DNA of 64,000 nt from Lama guanicoe (taxonomy: Eukaryota). Under the pieces are notes generated by a model. The model made no database searches. It had not been told where the DNA came from and was given only the letters and a program-made list of their open reading frames with translations. Position numbers and translations under genes: made by a program. The stretch is taken from positions 5,589,366 through 5,653,365 of the forward strand of contig MU056050.1 of NCBI GenBank assembly GCA_013239625.1. The letters run 5' to 3'. Below, piece by piece: positions 62,931 to 64,000 of this stretch. Each line of letters begins with the position of its first letter. The first letter of the stretch is position 1.

Positions 62931-64000
62931 ATGTAAAAATGACCATATTTAAATACATTACTGCCCAAACTGTTCAATTTCTTACCCATAATATGGCTTG
63001 AAGACAAGTCCTTTCATAAACCCCTAACTCCCACATATGCCACTTGTCAAGAGAAAAATCTATCTTTTGCACATTTACCTTTCTCTTTTATTCGATTGTT
63101 GAACCCCAAATTAACTAAGAGTGTAGAACCTGCTTGATCTCACTTGAACATGTCTACTCAGAAGATCACTGTAAGTGACTGCAGAGAGAATAATTCTCAC
63201 ACGAACTATTTTCCTGCCAATATGCAGAGTTGACTCTGCAGGGGAATTTTACTCTTAAAAATGCATTTTCATAAGGTGACACATAGACTGATATTAGCTA
63301 CTAGGATTATATTATCTCATTGTAGGAAAACACCTACATCTTATTATATATGAAGATAAAGTAAGCTGCACTATGTAAAAGCATGTTAATAAGGGAATAT
63401 ATTTGAACATAGGCTACATTCAATGACGGTCACCTTTTAGTTTTTTTCCTCAAAAACACAGGCATGTATGTAACTACAGTCAATAGGTGCCACAGCACAG
63501 AGTCCAGGCTGAGCCTTCTCTAAGAATCTCAAGGCTATTAGCTTACAAGAATTATTTTCAATTTATCCGATTTTGTAACCTAGCTCCATAAGGTGTATTC
63601 ACTGTTGCTCTGACGTTGACATTTGGTTGCCTTATCTCTCTGGTGATACTGTCCAAGTGCTCAGTGGCCCCAACCAAAATGAGCAATCAGCCTCTTATCT
63701 TTTTCTCAACTCTTTCACTTCTATCCCCAGGATGAACTGAGCCCTAGGCTACGTGCTTAGAGAATCAGTTGCCATCCCCTTTTATTCAGTAATTGCAAAG
63801 GGTAACCTGGATTTTGATGAACTATCTGGTTTAGCTGTCCACACCAACCAAAATCACAACTGGGAAACATCTACACAAATTGAGTCCAAAAGCTCTAGAA
63901 TGGGCTGATTATAGGTCCTCCTTATACATAAAACTACTTCTTCACTCTCATTAATTTTTTTCAGTTTATGCAACAGGGAAAGAACACATTAACAATATAG

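Noticed and set aside
1..64000. CRISPR array, operon or prokaryotic defence system
   Set aside because: The sequence is mammalian and repeat-rich; there are no regularly spaced repeat-spacer units and no gene-dense coding DNA

Overview
AT-rich, CpG-depleted mammalian genomic DNA, most likely camelid (alpaca/llama/camel), judged from a recognisable Vic-1 tRNA-derived SINE at ~49.3-49.5 kb. More than half of the window is decayed transposon sequence. It holds several multi-kb nested LINE-1 copies (14.8-25.3, 28.3-36.8, 38.4-44.8 and 56.9-62.9 kb), many short 5'-truncated young L1 3' ends, ERVL/MaLR solo LTRs, two Tigger2-type MITEs, L2/MIR/CR1 relics and microsatellites. I recognise no intact protein-coding gene: the ORF track is mostly L1 remnants, simple repeats or chance ORFs. 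The window looks intronic or intergenic, with a few unverified minus-strand exon candidates (3.75, 50.5, 53.1 and 55.6 kb). I see no convincing new biological system. The oddest items are a CpG-rich hairpin + oligo-A filler at an L1 deletion junction (23390-23433), an L1 tail inserted head-to-head into another L1 tail (46.9-47.2 kb), template-switch-like palindromes, and three clustered TACGTG motifs next to a 30-nt microexon candidate. Repeat family names come from remembered consensus features, not a search, and most boundaries are approximate.
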